64,000 nucleotides of DNA from assembly GCA_028695135.1 (NCBI GenBank), contig JAQVJM010000002.1:14249-78248 (forward strand). The letters are read 5' to 3'. Below are positions 26,678 to 34,156 of this stretch, in pieces. The notes under the pieces are model-generated. The model did not search any database, was not told the DNA's origin, and worked only from the letters and a program-made list of their open reading frames with translations. How positions within the stretch are numbered: position 1 is the stretch's first letter; each line of letters starts with the position of its first letter. Both the position numbers and the translations under genes were made by a program. Origin of the DNA: Candidatus Moraniibacteriota bacterium (GTDB lineage: Bacteria > Patescibacteriota > Minisyncoccia > Moranbacterales > UBA9337).

Positions 26678-27661
26678 ATGAAAAAATATTACAAACCTAA
26701 GGTTGTTTCTCCTTCTTTTGAGATAGTTCCCGATGATATCGGCTTGGCCGTAAGGATAGAGTTTACCGGCCGGGTTTGCTACAAGAGCGAGGACAGGATA
26801 AGTGCCGACTCTTCAGCCGGATTTTGCCGGGGAATGGTAAATCACAAACACAATTCCGTTCTCGAAATGGGCGTGCGCACCTGTGAGGTGAAAGCCAGGA
26901 CTAAGTCGCATATGCGCGAGATAATCATGGCTATGCCGAAGTATCTTTTTATCGATGATTTTCCTTTTGAAAAAAGGACTCTGATAACCGGAAGCGTGCG
27001 CGCTTTCCGGGAAATGCTGATGAGACTTCCTGGAAATGAGATAATAAGGACGATTGCTTTTGACATGAATAAAAATCATCCTTATTTTTTTGAGGATATA
27101 GCATCTTTGCTTCCGGTGAAAAGATCAAGAAAGATTTCTTGTCGGCAAGTTTCCCTAGAGGAAATCGATCAGATGGAACCGGAAATCCAGGCTCGCCATC
27201 GACATTTGGCGGTCAAGTTTATCGTCAGTCGCGCGGTGACTCATGAAATCGTCCGGCATCGCCCTTGCTCTTTTCTGCAAGAGAGCCAGCGATATTGTTG
27301 CTATAGCGATGGAAAATTCGGTTCTCGCATTACTTTCATCAAACCTGTATTTTTCAAAGAGGACAGCGAGGATTATGAGATATGGGGGAAAGAATGTTTA
27401 TCAGCCGAGGCCGTCTATATGAAGTTGATAAAAAACAATTCCCCCCAGGCGGCTCGCACGGTTCTTCCAAATTCCTGTAAGACGGAAATATTTGTCTATG
27501 CGAATCTGGCAGAGTGGCATCATATTCTTCATATGCGCACAAGCAAGGCTGCCGAGCCTTCAATGCGGGAAGTTATGATCCCCCTGCAAAAAGAACTTAT
27601 GAAAAGATTTCCCGAACAGAATTTTGGAGAGCCTCTCCGGATGCCGGAGGGCTATGTGTAG
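26678..27661 (+). CDS. thyX: Flavin-dependent thymidylate synthase ThyX (with N-terminal extension)
   Basis: Signature EIVRHRPCSFLQESQRY (RHR-X7-S...QRY) plus LPNSCKTEIFVYANLAEWHHILHMRTS C-terminal ThyX region. Confidence 0.85.
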   Translation: MKKYYKPKVVSPSFEIVPDDIGLAVRIEFTGRVCYKSEDRISADSSAGFCRGMVNHKHNSVLEMGVRTCEVKARTKSHMREIIMAMPKYLFIDDFPFEKRTLITGSVRAFREMLMRLPGNEIIRTIAFDMNKNHPYFFEDIASLLPVKRSRKISCRQVSLEEIDQMEPEIQARHRHLAVKFIVSRAVTHEIVRHRPCSFLQESQRYCCYSDGKFGSRITFIKPVFFKEDSEDYEIWGKECLSAEAVYMKLIKNNSPQAARTVLPNSCKTEIFVYANLAEWHHILHMRTSKAAEPSMREVMIPLQKELMKRFPEQNFGEPLRMPEGYV

Positions 27662-27776
27662 AAAAAAAACAATGAGGAATTTATCCGCTTATGCTAGAAG
27701 GGCATAAGCGGCCTTTTATTTTTACAAGCTGATGTGGTAAAATAAAATACGGTGTCTTTTAAATTTTAATGAGATA

Positions 27777-29141
27777 ATGATGAATAATGAAAAAAATAAT
27801 CACGTGATCAGAGATTTGGACAACGGCGGGTTCGTCTTGGTTCTGAATAACGGAGCCGAGATCGACGGGCAGGCGGAAGCCATGCTCCAAGCGCTCCATT
27901 CGCGTTCCACCGGGGGAATAAAAAGCCATCTGAAAATATTGGAAGAGAAGGGCGCGGAGGATTTTATGGAAAAGTTTTATGTGGGCTACGGGCATAAATC
28001 CATAGGAGATTGCGGCAGCGCGACCGTTTTTGTGGAAGGAATATCGATGCTGGCCGCCAAAGCCATTCAGGACTGGCGGCTTTATTCGGGGCAGGAAGCT
28101 TCGACCAGATACGTTGATTTTTCCAAGCAGAAATTCTTGGATCCCACCGGCAAGGAAGAAGGAAAAGAAGTTTTGGAGAATTGGAGGAAATTTTATCTTA
28201 AAGCCCAAGAGCCCGTAAGAAAACATCTAAAAAAACAATTTCCGAAGGGAAAGGAAGAAGATATAAATATATATGAAAAAGCGATTAAGGCGAGAGCCTT
28301 TGATATTACCAGATCATTTCTCCCGGCCGGAGCGACTACCAATGTAGCCTGGAGGATGAATTTTCGCCAGTTTGCCGATGAGCTGATGCTTCTCAGACAT
28401 CATCCGCTTAAAGAGGTTCGGGATATTGCCGAGAAAACCGAAGAAGCTCTCAAGGAAATGTACCCCAGTTCTTTCGGGCACGAAAGATTTGCGCATACCG
28501 AAGAATACAATAAAAAATGGATGCGAGATAAATATTATTATAAGAATGAAAGTGCCGGAGACTTCGAATTGATTTACGATAATGTTGATAGGAAAATGCT
28601 TTCCGAATATGGAGAAGTTTTGAAATCAAGACCTATGAAGACGGAGTTGCCTGCGGCAATCGGAGAGTGCGGGACAGTAGCTTTTGAATTTTTATTGGAT
28701 TTCGGGTCTTTCAGGGACTTCCAGAGACATCGCGCAATCGTACAAAGGATGCCTCTCTTAGTGATGATCCACGGATTCAATGAGTGGTATTTGGACGCTT
28801 TGCCGGAAAATTTAAGAGAAAAGGCTGAAAAATTCATCAAAGAGCAGGAAAGAAAAATTGAAAAGATCGATGCTTCTGAAACAGACAAGCAATATTTCAT
28901 GGCGATGGGGTATCGGGTTCCATGCAGGTTTTCAGGAGATTTAAAAGCGCTGGTTTATCTGACTGAACTCCGATCGACCCGATTCGTCCATCCGACATTA
29001 GTTGAACAGATACTTAAAATGATCAATAATATGAAGGAATTATTTGAAAAAGACGGGTTGGTATTCCACCTAGACGAGGAGCCGAACAGGTTTGACGTAA
29101 GAAGAGGGGAGCAAGACATAATTGAAAAACATAAATCATAA
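27777..29141 (+). CDS. Tandem-duplicated ThyX-like protein (two ThyX-fold halves fused). Half 1 retains S-x-Q-E-x-S-x-RY but lacks RHR; half 2 retains RHR but lacks the Ser/RY part
   Basis: Half 1: GFVLVLNNGAEIDGQAEAMLQALHSRS...GHKSIGDCGSATVFVEGISMLAAKAIQDWRLYSGQEASTRY...RSFLPAGATTNVAWRMNFRQFADELMLLR. Half 2: GSFRDFQRHRAIVQRMP...MAMGYRVPCRFSGDLKALVYLTELRSTRF. Confidence 0.7.
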   Translation: MMNNEKNNHVIRDLDNGGFVLVLNNGAEIDGQAEAMLQALHSRSTGGIKSHLKILEEKGAEDFMEKFYVGYGHKSIGDCGSATVFVEGISMLAAKAIQDWRLYSGQEASTRYVDFSKQKFLDPTGKEEGKEVLENWRKFYLKAQEPVRKHLKKQFPKGKEEDINIYEKAIKARAFDITRSFLPAGATTNVAWRMNFRQFADELMLLRHHPLKEVRDIAEKTEEALKEMYPSSFGHERFAHTEEYNKKWMRDKYYYKNESAGDFELIYDNVDRKMLSEYGEVLKSRPMKTELPAAIGECGTVAFEFLLDFGSFRDFQRHRAIVQRMPLLVMIHGFNEWYLDALPENLREKAEKFIKEQERKIEKIDASETDKQYFMAMGYRVPCRFSGDLKALVYLTELRSTRFVHPTLVEQILKMINNMKELFEKDGLVFHLDEEPNRFDVRRGEQDIIEKHKS

Positions 29142-29179
29142 TGTAGCAGGTATTAATCATTAAGTGGTATAATATAACA

Positions 29180-29809
29180 ATGGAAGGGGAAAATATCCTG
29201 CCTGCCGGCAGTCAGGGAAAATTCATAGTTTTTGAAGGATTGGACGGATCGGGACAGAGCACGCAGATAAGTTTTTTGGAGAAATATCTGAGGGACAAGG
29301 GGGAAAAATTTCACACCACTTCTGAGCCTTCCGGCAGCCTGATCGGCGGATTGATCAGGTCGGTTCTTGCCAAGCAATGGACGCTGAGCAATACCGGAAT
29401 ACAGCTGCTTTATGCTGCTGACAGGGCGCATCATTTGGAATCAGAAGTCCGGCCGGCTTTGGAGAAAGGCAATCACGTCATTTCCAGCCGTTATTATTTT
29501 TCCACTTTTGCTTTTGGATCTCTGGAAAATGACGTGGAATGGCTGGAAAAGATAAACGAGAAGTTTCGTGCTCCGGATATAACCATCTATATAAAAGTTT
29601 CACCGGAAGAATGCATCAGGAGAATAGAGGATTCCAGATTTCGCCGAGAGCTTTTTGAAGAAAAGGAAAAATTGGAAGAAGTTTCTAAGATGTATGACAA
29701 AATTTATACTAGCGGAAAGTATGATAATTTTCACGTTGTAGACGGGGAGAGGTCAGTCGAGGAAGTTTTTAAAGACGTGATCGGAATAATCGATAAATAT
29801 ATAGATTAA
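29180..29809 (+). CDS. tmk: Thymidylate kinase
   Basis: FIVFEGLDGSGQSTQ P-loop, DRAHHLE, lid region; N-terminal ~12 codons contain a copy of the REP-like palindrome. Confidence 0.85.
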   Translation: MEGENILPAGSQGKFIVFEGLDGSGQSTQISFLEKYLRDKGEKFHTTSEPSGSLIGGLIRSVLAKQWTLSNTGIQLLYAADRAHHLESEVRPALEKGNHVISSRYYFSTFAFGSLENDVEWLEKINEKFRAPDITIYIKVSPEECIRRIEDSRFRRELFEEKEKLEEVSKMYDKIYTSGKYDNFHVVDGERSVEEVFKDVIGIIDKYID

Positions 29810-29824
29810 GATATATATAAAAAT

Positions 29825-30154
29825 ATGGATTTCAAAGAATACCAGGAAAAGTCGAGAAAGACCGCCCTCTATCCGGACAAGGATAATAATTTTATTTATC
29901 CCACTTTGGGACTCTCCGGAGAGGCCGGGGAAGTTTCTGAAAAGATAAAAAAAGTCATCCGGGATAAGGAGGGAAAAATTGACGAGGAAACTCGGGAAAT
30001 GATAAAGAAGGAATTGGGGGATGTGCTTTGGTATGTCGCGCAGTTGGCGACGGAGCTGGGATTGGATATGGACGAAGTCGCCGGGAGCAATATCGAGAAG
30101 CTATATAGCCGTCTGGAGAGGGGAAAGATCGGAGGAAGCGGTGATGACAGATAA
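29825..30154 (+). CDS. MazG-like all-alpha NTP pyrophosphohydrolase
   Basis: LGLSGEAGEVSEKIKK...ELGDVLWYVAQLATELGLDMDEV (EExxE/D metal motifs of the MazG/HisE superfamily), 109 aa. Confidence 0.7.
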   Translation: MDFKEYQEKSRKTALYPDKDNNFIYPTLGLSGEAGEVSEKIKKVIRDKEGKIDEETREMIKKELGDVLWYVAQLATELGLDMDEVAGSNIEKLYSRLERGKIGGSGDDR

Positions 30155-30182
30155 AAACAATAGCAGTAATCAAAAATATATA

Positions 30183-30210
30183 TTTTACCATATTACGTAA
30201 TATGGTAAAA
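30183..30210. promoter_or_regulatory. 28-bp perfect palindrome immediately upstream of gatB (candidate operator)
   Basis: TTTTACCATATTAC|GTAATATGGTAAAA, 30 nt upstream of the gatB ATG. Confidence 0.4.
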
Positions 30211-30241
30211 TGAGTATGATGGAGTTATAGCGGGAAAAATT

Positions 30242-31765
30242 ATGAGCAAATATAGCGCTACAATCGGGATGGAAATACATGTTGAGCTCAAGACCGAGTC
30301 CAAGATGTTTTGCAAATGCAAGAACGGGATGGGGGCGGAAAAGGAGCCGAATAAGAATATCTGCGAAGTTTGCACCGCTCATCCGGGGACTCTTCCTGTG
30401 CCTAATGAAAAAGCCGTTAGATTTGTCCAACTTGCAGGAATGGCGCTCAATTGTGAATTGCGAAAGGAGTCGAAATTTGACAGAAAGAATTATTTTTATC
30501 CGGATATTCCGAAGGGTTATCAGATTTCCCAGTACGACCAACCTCTATGCCAAAACGGAGTTTTGGAAATTCGAAATTCAAAATCCGAAATCCTAAACAA
30601 TAATCAAATTCAAAATTCAAATATTCAAACTAAAAAGATAGGTATTACTAGGATTCATCTTGAAGAAGATACCGGTAAGCTAACTCATCCCAAAGGAACT
30701 GGCTATTCTTTAGTAGACTTTAACCGTGCCGGTGTTCCGCTTATGGAGCTTGTGACCGAACCGGATTTTGAGAGCGGGGAGGAGGCCAGAATATTTTGCC
30801 AGAAGCTCCAGCAGATCTGCCGCTATATCGGCATAAGCGATGCCGATATGGAAAAAGGGCATATGCGTTGCGAGGCCAACATTTCTCTTCATAAAGAAGG
30901 CGAGGATAAGTTGAGCGGGACAAAAGTCGAAGTCAAGAATATAAATTCATTCAAATTTGTAGAAAAAGCGATCAATTACGAGATAGAGCGCCAGGCGGAA
31001 GCTTTGGACAAAGGCGAAAAAATTGTCCAGGAAACCAGAGGCTGGGATGCGAATCGGAACGCGACGATTTCTCAGCGAACCAAGGAGACCGCGGCCGATT
31101 ACAGATATTTCCCCGAGCCGGATATCCCGCCGATGAAATTCAGTGATGGCTATATTGAAAAATTAAAAAGGAATCTTCCCGAGCTTCCGGATCAAAAAAT
31201 CAAGAGATTCATGGAACAATATGGGATTTCCCAGGAAAATGCGGAGCTTCTTACGATGGAAAAGGGCTTGGCTGATTATTTTGAAAAAACCATAAGCGAG
31301 ATAGCAGAGAAAAGAGATGCGGGAGAAATTAAGGCCGAGGAAGAGAAGCTGATAAAGCTGGTTGCAAATTATATAAATACTGAATTGAGAAAGTATCTTT
31401 TTGAAAGCCAGGAAAAGATAGAAAGCATCAAAATTACTCCGGAAAATTACGCTGAGCTCATCGGAATTGTGGCGGATGGAAAAATTAATTCCAGCGCCGC
31501 CCAGACAGTTCTCAAAGAGATGTATGAAACCGGAGGGGATCCGTCCCAAATTATTGAAGAAAAGAATTTGGCGCAAATGGAAGATGATGGAGAAATGGAA
31601 AATATTATTGATAAAATCTTAGTGGATAACCAGTCTTCTGTTGATGATTACAAGTCAGGAAAAGAAAATGCTTTGAAGTTCTTGATGGGGCAAGTTATGA
31701 AAGAGACACAAGGAAAAGCCAATCCGCAAAAGGCGATGGAGATGATAAGGGAAAAATTGAAATAG
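30242..31765 (+). CDS. gatB: Asp/Glu-tRNA amidotransferase subunit B, with a ~20-aa low-complexity in-frame insertion
   Basis: YSATIGMEIHVELKTESKMFCKC, IGITRIHLEEDTGKL, C-terminal GatB/YqeY domain; insertion NSKSEILNNNQIQNSNIQT encoded by 30565-30630. Confidence 0.9.
   Translation: MSKYSATIGMEIHVELKTESKMFCKCKNGMGAEKEPNKNICEVCTAHPGTLPVPNEKAVRFVQLAGMALNCELRKESKFDRKNYFYPDIPKGYQISQYDQPLCQNGVLEIRNSKSEILNNNQIQNSNIQTKKIGITRIHLEEDTGKLTHPKGTGYSLVDFNRAGVPLMELVTEPDFESGEEARIFCQKLQQICRYIGISDADMEKGHMRCEANISLHKEGEDKLSGTKVEVKNINSFKFVEKAINYEIERQAEALDKGEKIVQETRGWDANRNATISQRTKETAADYRYFPEPDIPPMKFSDGYIEKLKRNLPELPDQKIKRFMEQYGISQENAELLTMEKGLADYFEKTISEIAEKRDAGEIKAEEEKLIKLVANYINTELRKYLFESQEKIESIKITPENYAELIGIVADGKINSSAAQTVLKEMYETGGDPSQIIEEKNLAQMEDDGEMENIIDKILVDNQSSVDDYKSGKENALKFLMGQVMKETQGKANPQKAMEMIREKLK
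30565..30630 (+). repeat. Copy of the AT-rich rRNA IVS repeat family embedded in frame in gatB
   Basis: AAAATCCGAAATCCTAAACAAT is 22/22 identical to 23S IVS1 (35898-35919); continued similarity (CAAATTCAAAATTCAAATATT) to IVS3. Confidence 0.7.
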
Positions 31766-31875
31766 GCGCTTGATATGATTTATTTGATCCTCTATCTATA
31801 TTTTCTATAAAAAAATCCCACTTCGCCGGCTAGCGGATAAGCGGGTTTATCGGTCTGCACGATACTATAATCTTT

Positions 31876-32112
31876 TTACATAAAATGCTTTCTTATGAAT
31901 GCCCTGCCCGAACCTGATTTTAGATATTTTTCGAATTCAAAAGCTTTGTATTTACCAGAAAAAGATGTATAGCACATCAATTTCACTGGCAATCTACCCT
32001 TAGTTGAATCAATATATCCCTTTCCATGTCTTTCAATCCTATCTTTCAAATCATTAGTACAACCTGTGTATAGATTGCCATCAGAACATACTAATATGTA
32101 AACATAGAACAT
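31876..32112 (-). CDS. GIY-YIG nuclease-domain small protein (UPF0213/YhbQ-like)
   Basis: MFYVYILVCSDGNLYTGCTNDLKDRIERHGKG...GRLPVKLMCYTSF; start moved to the internal ATG because the upstream part of the ORF overlaps tRNA-Ser. Confidence 0.7.
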   Translation of the reverse strand: MFYVYILVCSDGNLYTGCTNDLKDRIERHGKGYIDSTKGRLPVKLMCYTSFSGKYKAFEFEKYLKSGSGRAFIRKHFM

Positions 32113-32124
32113 ATGCGAATCTCT

Positions 32125-32185
32125 CCTTCGCGGCGAACCACTGGCGGACTTGTCCGCCGTAGCTCGCCGTTTCGGCGAGCGAAGG
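32125..32185 (-). ncRNA. GC-rich multi-hairpin structured element in the tRNA-Ser trailer/GIY-YIG leader (tRNA-like three-way junction)
   Basis: On the minus strand: CCTTCGC [CTCGCC-GAAA-CGGCGAG] CTAC [GGCGGA-CAAG-TCCGCC] AGTGGTTCGCC GCGAAGG; ~70% GC in an AT-rich genome. Confidence 0.4.
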
Positions 32186-32272
32186 CGGAGAGAGAGGGAT
32201 TCGAACCCCCGGTACCCTTTCGGGCACAACGGTTTTCAAGACCGTCGCATTCGACCACTCTGCCATCTCTCC
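32186..32272 (-). tRNA. tRNA-Ser (anticodon UGA), class II with long variable arm
   Basis: Minus-strand GGAGAGA TG GCAG AGTGGTCGAAT GC.. ACGGT CTTGAAA ACCGT TGTGCCCGAAAGGGTACC GGGGG TTCGAAT CCCTC TCTCTCC G. Confidence 0.8.
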
Positions 32273-32395
32273 AAAAATCTTTTACATTTTTATTTCAGAG
32301 ATTACTATAACAGTTGCCGGCCTGTTTGTAAACCGCTTATCTTTTGTCTGCATAATTTTAATGTGCTATAATTAATAAAATTTAAATTTCATATT

Positions 32396-32962
32396 ATGAA
32401 TATCGACTTACGGAGAAGCGGGCATAAAAAAAACAATATCCGCATAAATCATGAAGGGGATTATCTCGAAAAACCCCATGATTTTATGATTTCTGAGCAT
32501 AGCGACGTGCTTATCGAATGGCAGGGTCCGGAATATGAGCATTATCCCAAGGAAAAAGTCTGGTATTTAGTGGCTTCGCTTATTTTGGCGGCGATAGTAT
32601 TTTACGCGCTCATAAACAATAGTCCCATCATGGCGATACTTTTCATCCTGATAGGGATAGTGGGCTATATCCAACTGGAAAAGCATCCCCGAGTTCTAGA
32701 TTTCAAAATTACTCATGAAGGAGTCATGGCAGGAAATGAATTGTATGATTTTGACAGCGTAGAATCTTTTTGGATTTTTTATGAGCCGCCCCATACGAAG
32801 ATTTTAAGCCTTCATACGGACGCTCTCCTCGTTCCTTATGTCCATATACCGGTTCACCAGATCGATCCTGTAAAATTAAGGGAGGTCTTGATGGATTTCA
32901 TTCCGGAAAAGAAGCAAAAACCTACGATGATAGACACGATAGAGAGACTTTTGCATATATAG
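32396..32962 (+). CDS. Two-TM membrane protein (hypothetical)
   Basis: Hydrophobic helices VWYLVASLILAAIVFYALI and IMAILFILIGIVGYI. Confidence 0.4.
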   Translation: MNIDLRRSGHKKNNIRINHEGDYLEKPHDFMISEHSDVLIEWQGPEYEHYPKEKVWYLVASLILAAIVFYALINNSPIMAILFILIGIVGYIQLEKHPRVLDFKITHEGVMAGNELYDFDSVESFWIFYEPPHTKILSLHTDALLVPYVHIPVHQIDPVKLREVLMDFIPEKKQKPTMIDTIERLLHI

Positions 32963-33108
32963 GATAAATTAAAATTTCAAAATACAAATTAAAAGTCGTG
33001 TAATTTTTTTAATCATTCTTATTATACAATTCCTGTGCGGTCGCAAGATAATGGTATAATGTTATGCGCTTGATATTCGCGCCATTTTGTGGTTGAATTC
33101 TTTTGCAT

Positions 33109-33182
33109 GTTCCCATAGCTCAGTTGGATAGAGCGTTGGCTTGCGGAGCCAAAGGTCGGAGGTTCGAATCCTCCTGGGAACA
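33109..33182 (+). tRNA. tRNA-Arg (anticodon GCG as read; U33 and purine-37 context)
   Basis: GTTCCCA TA GCTC AGTTGGATA GAGC G TTGGC TTGCGGA GCCAA AGGTC GGAGG TTCGAAT CCTCC TGGGAAC A. Confidence 0.75.
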
Positions 33183-33190
33183 CAATTGAG

Positions 33191-33335
33191 GTTCCCTGCC
33201 TGCCGGTCGTACGCCGCCATAGGCTTTGGCCGACGGAGCGCCGGCAGGGATTCCTCACGAGGGCACAGGCATAGGCAGGCGGGGAGCGTTGGCTTGAGGA
33301 GTCAAAGGTCGGAGGCTCGAATCTTCTCGGGGACA
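33191..33335 (+). pseudogene. Degenerate tRNA-Arg-like duplicate interrupted after the 5' acceptor strand by a ~75-nt GC-rich palindromic (REP-like) insertion
   Basis: GTTCCCT + [GCCTGCCGG...CCGGCAGGGATTCC...] + CATAGGCAGGCGGGGAGCGTTGGCTTGAGGAGTCAAAGGTCGGAGGCTCGAATCTTCTCGGGGACA aligns to the upstream tRNA-Arg with multiple stem-breaking substitutions. Confidence 0.55.
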
Positions 33336-33557
33336 CGGAATAATTCTGACGATTATCCAGTCTTGAACATACTATAGTATGTTCAAAGGTATGTTCATCG
33401 GTATGTTATTTTTTGTATTTTAAAATTAATGCAAAAGTAAAATCGTATATGAATTTTTTTTAAATCTGGATTTTAAGAGGGGATTTTGAAAGTTAGTTTG
33501 TATGGCAAGAAGAGTATGGTAGAATAAAGATGACAGGCTAAATATAGTCATAATATC

Positions 33558-34004
33558 ATGGATACTCAAATAAGAATCAGGGAGGCCTCGATAGACGAGG
33601 TCATAAAAATCGGGAAAAAGGTTCTCGGCGCTGAGAAAATGAAGCCCCGGGAGCATTTTGAGGAGAGATATAAAGACAAATATCATCTGATTACGGTTGC
33701 TTACCTGGGGGATAATCCGGCCGGATATGCGGTGTGGTATGACAAATATGGCGACGGGTCGCTTTATTGCTGGATGACTGGAGTAAGTCCAGATTTCAGA
33801 AGGAAAGGAATTCTTAAGGGACTTATGGCTTTCGGATTGGCGATAGCCAGGAATAAAAGATATGAAAAAATAAAAACCAAAGTGAGAAACAGCGAACGGG
33901 GCATGCTGGCTTATCTGACTAAATACGGATTTTCAATCACCGATTTCGAAGAACGTCCGAATAATGAAGACAGCAAAATAAGTTTCGAAAAAGATCTGGA
34001 ATGA
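33558..34004 (+). CDS. GNAT-family N-acetyltransferase
   Basis: HLITVAYLGDNPAGYAVWY...GVSPDFRRKGILKGLMAFGLAIA (acetyl-CoA-binding R-x-x-G-x-G/A motif region). Confidence 0.7.
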   Translation: MDTQIRIREASIDEVIKIGKKVLGAEKMKPREHFEERYKDKYHLITVAYLGDNPAGYAVWYDKYGDGSLYCWMTGVSPDFRRKGILKGLMAFGLAIARNKRYEKIKTKVRNSERGMLAYLTKYGFSITDFEERPNNEDSKISFEKDLE

Positions 34005-34156
34005 TACGGATCTTCATGAAATTTATCAGACAAGGCGCGATAGGTTAAATCGCGTTTTTTGATCCAGGGGGAATTGTATTGCAATTTAGCATTTGCAGAA
34101 TTTGTAGGCATTTCTCTTTTTTAAGAGGGTGTGGTAAAATTAATGAAAATAAGAAT

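Noticed and set aside
27759-28226. ORF 27759-28226 (-) and 28574-28900 (-) antisense to the ThyX-like fusion gene
   Set aside because: Antisense to a strongly supported CDS.
32081-32371. ORFs 32081-32266 (-), 32113-32310 (+), 32150-32371 (+) and the N-terminal extension of 31876-32229
   Set aside because: Cover tRNA-Ser and its GC-rich trailer; the GIY-YIG CDS is better started at the internal ATG.
33022-33377. ORFs 33022-33336 (-) and 33141-33377 (+)
   Set aside because: Overlap tRNA-Arg and its pseudogene copy; no coding signal.
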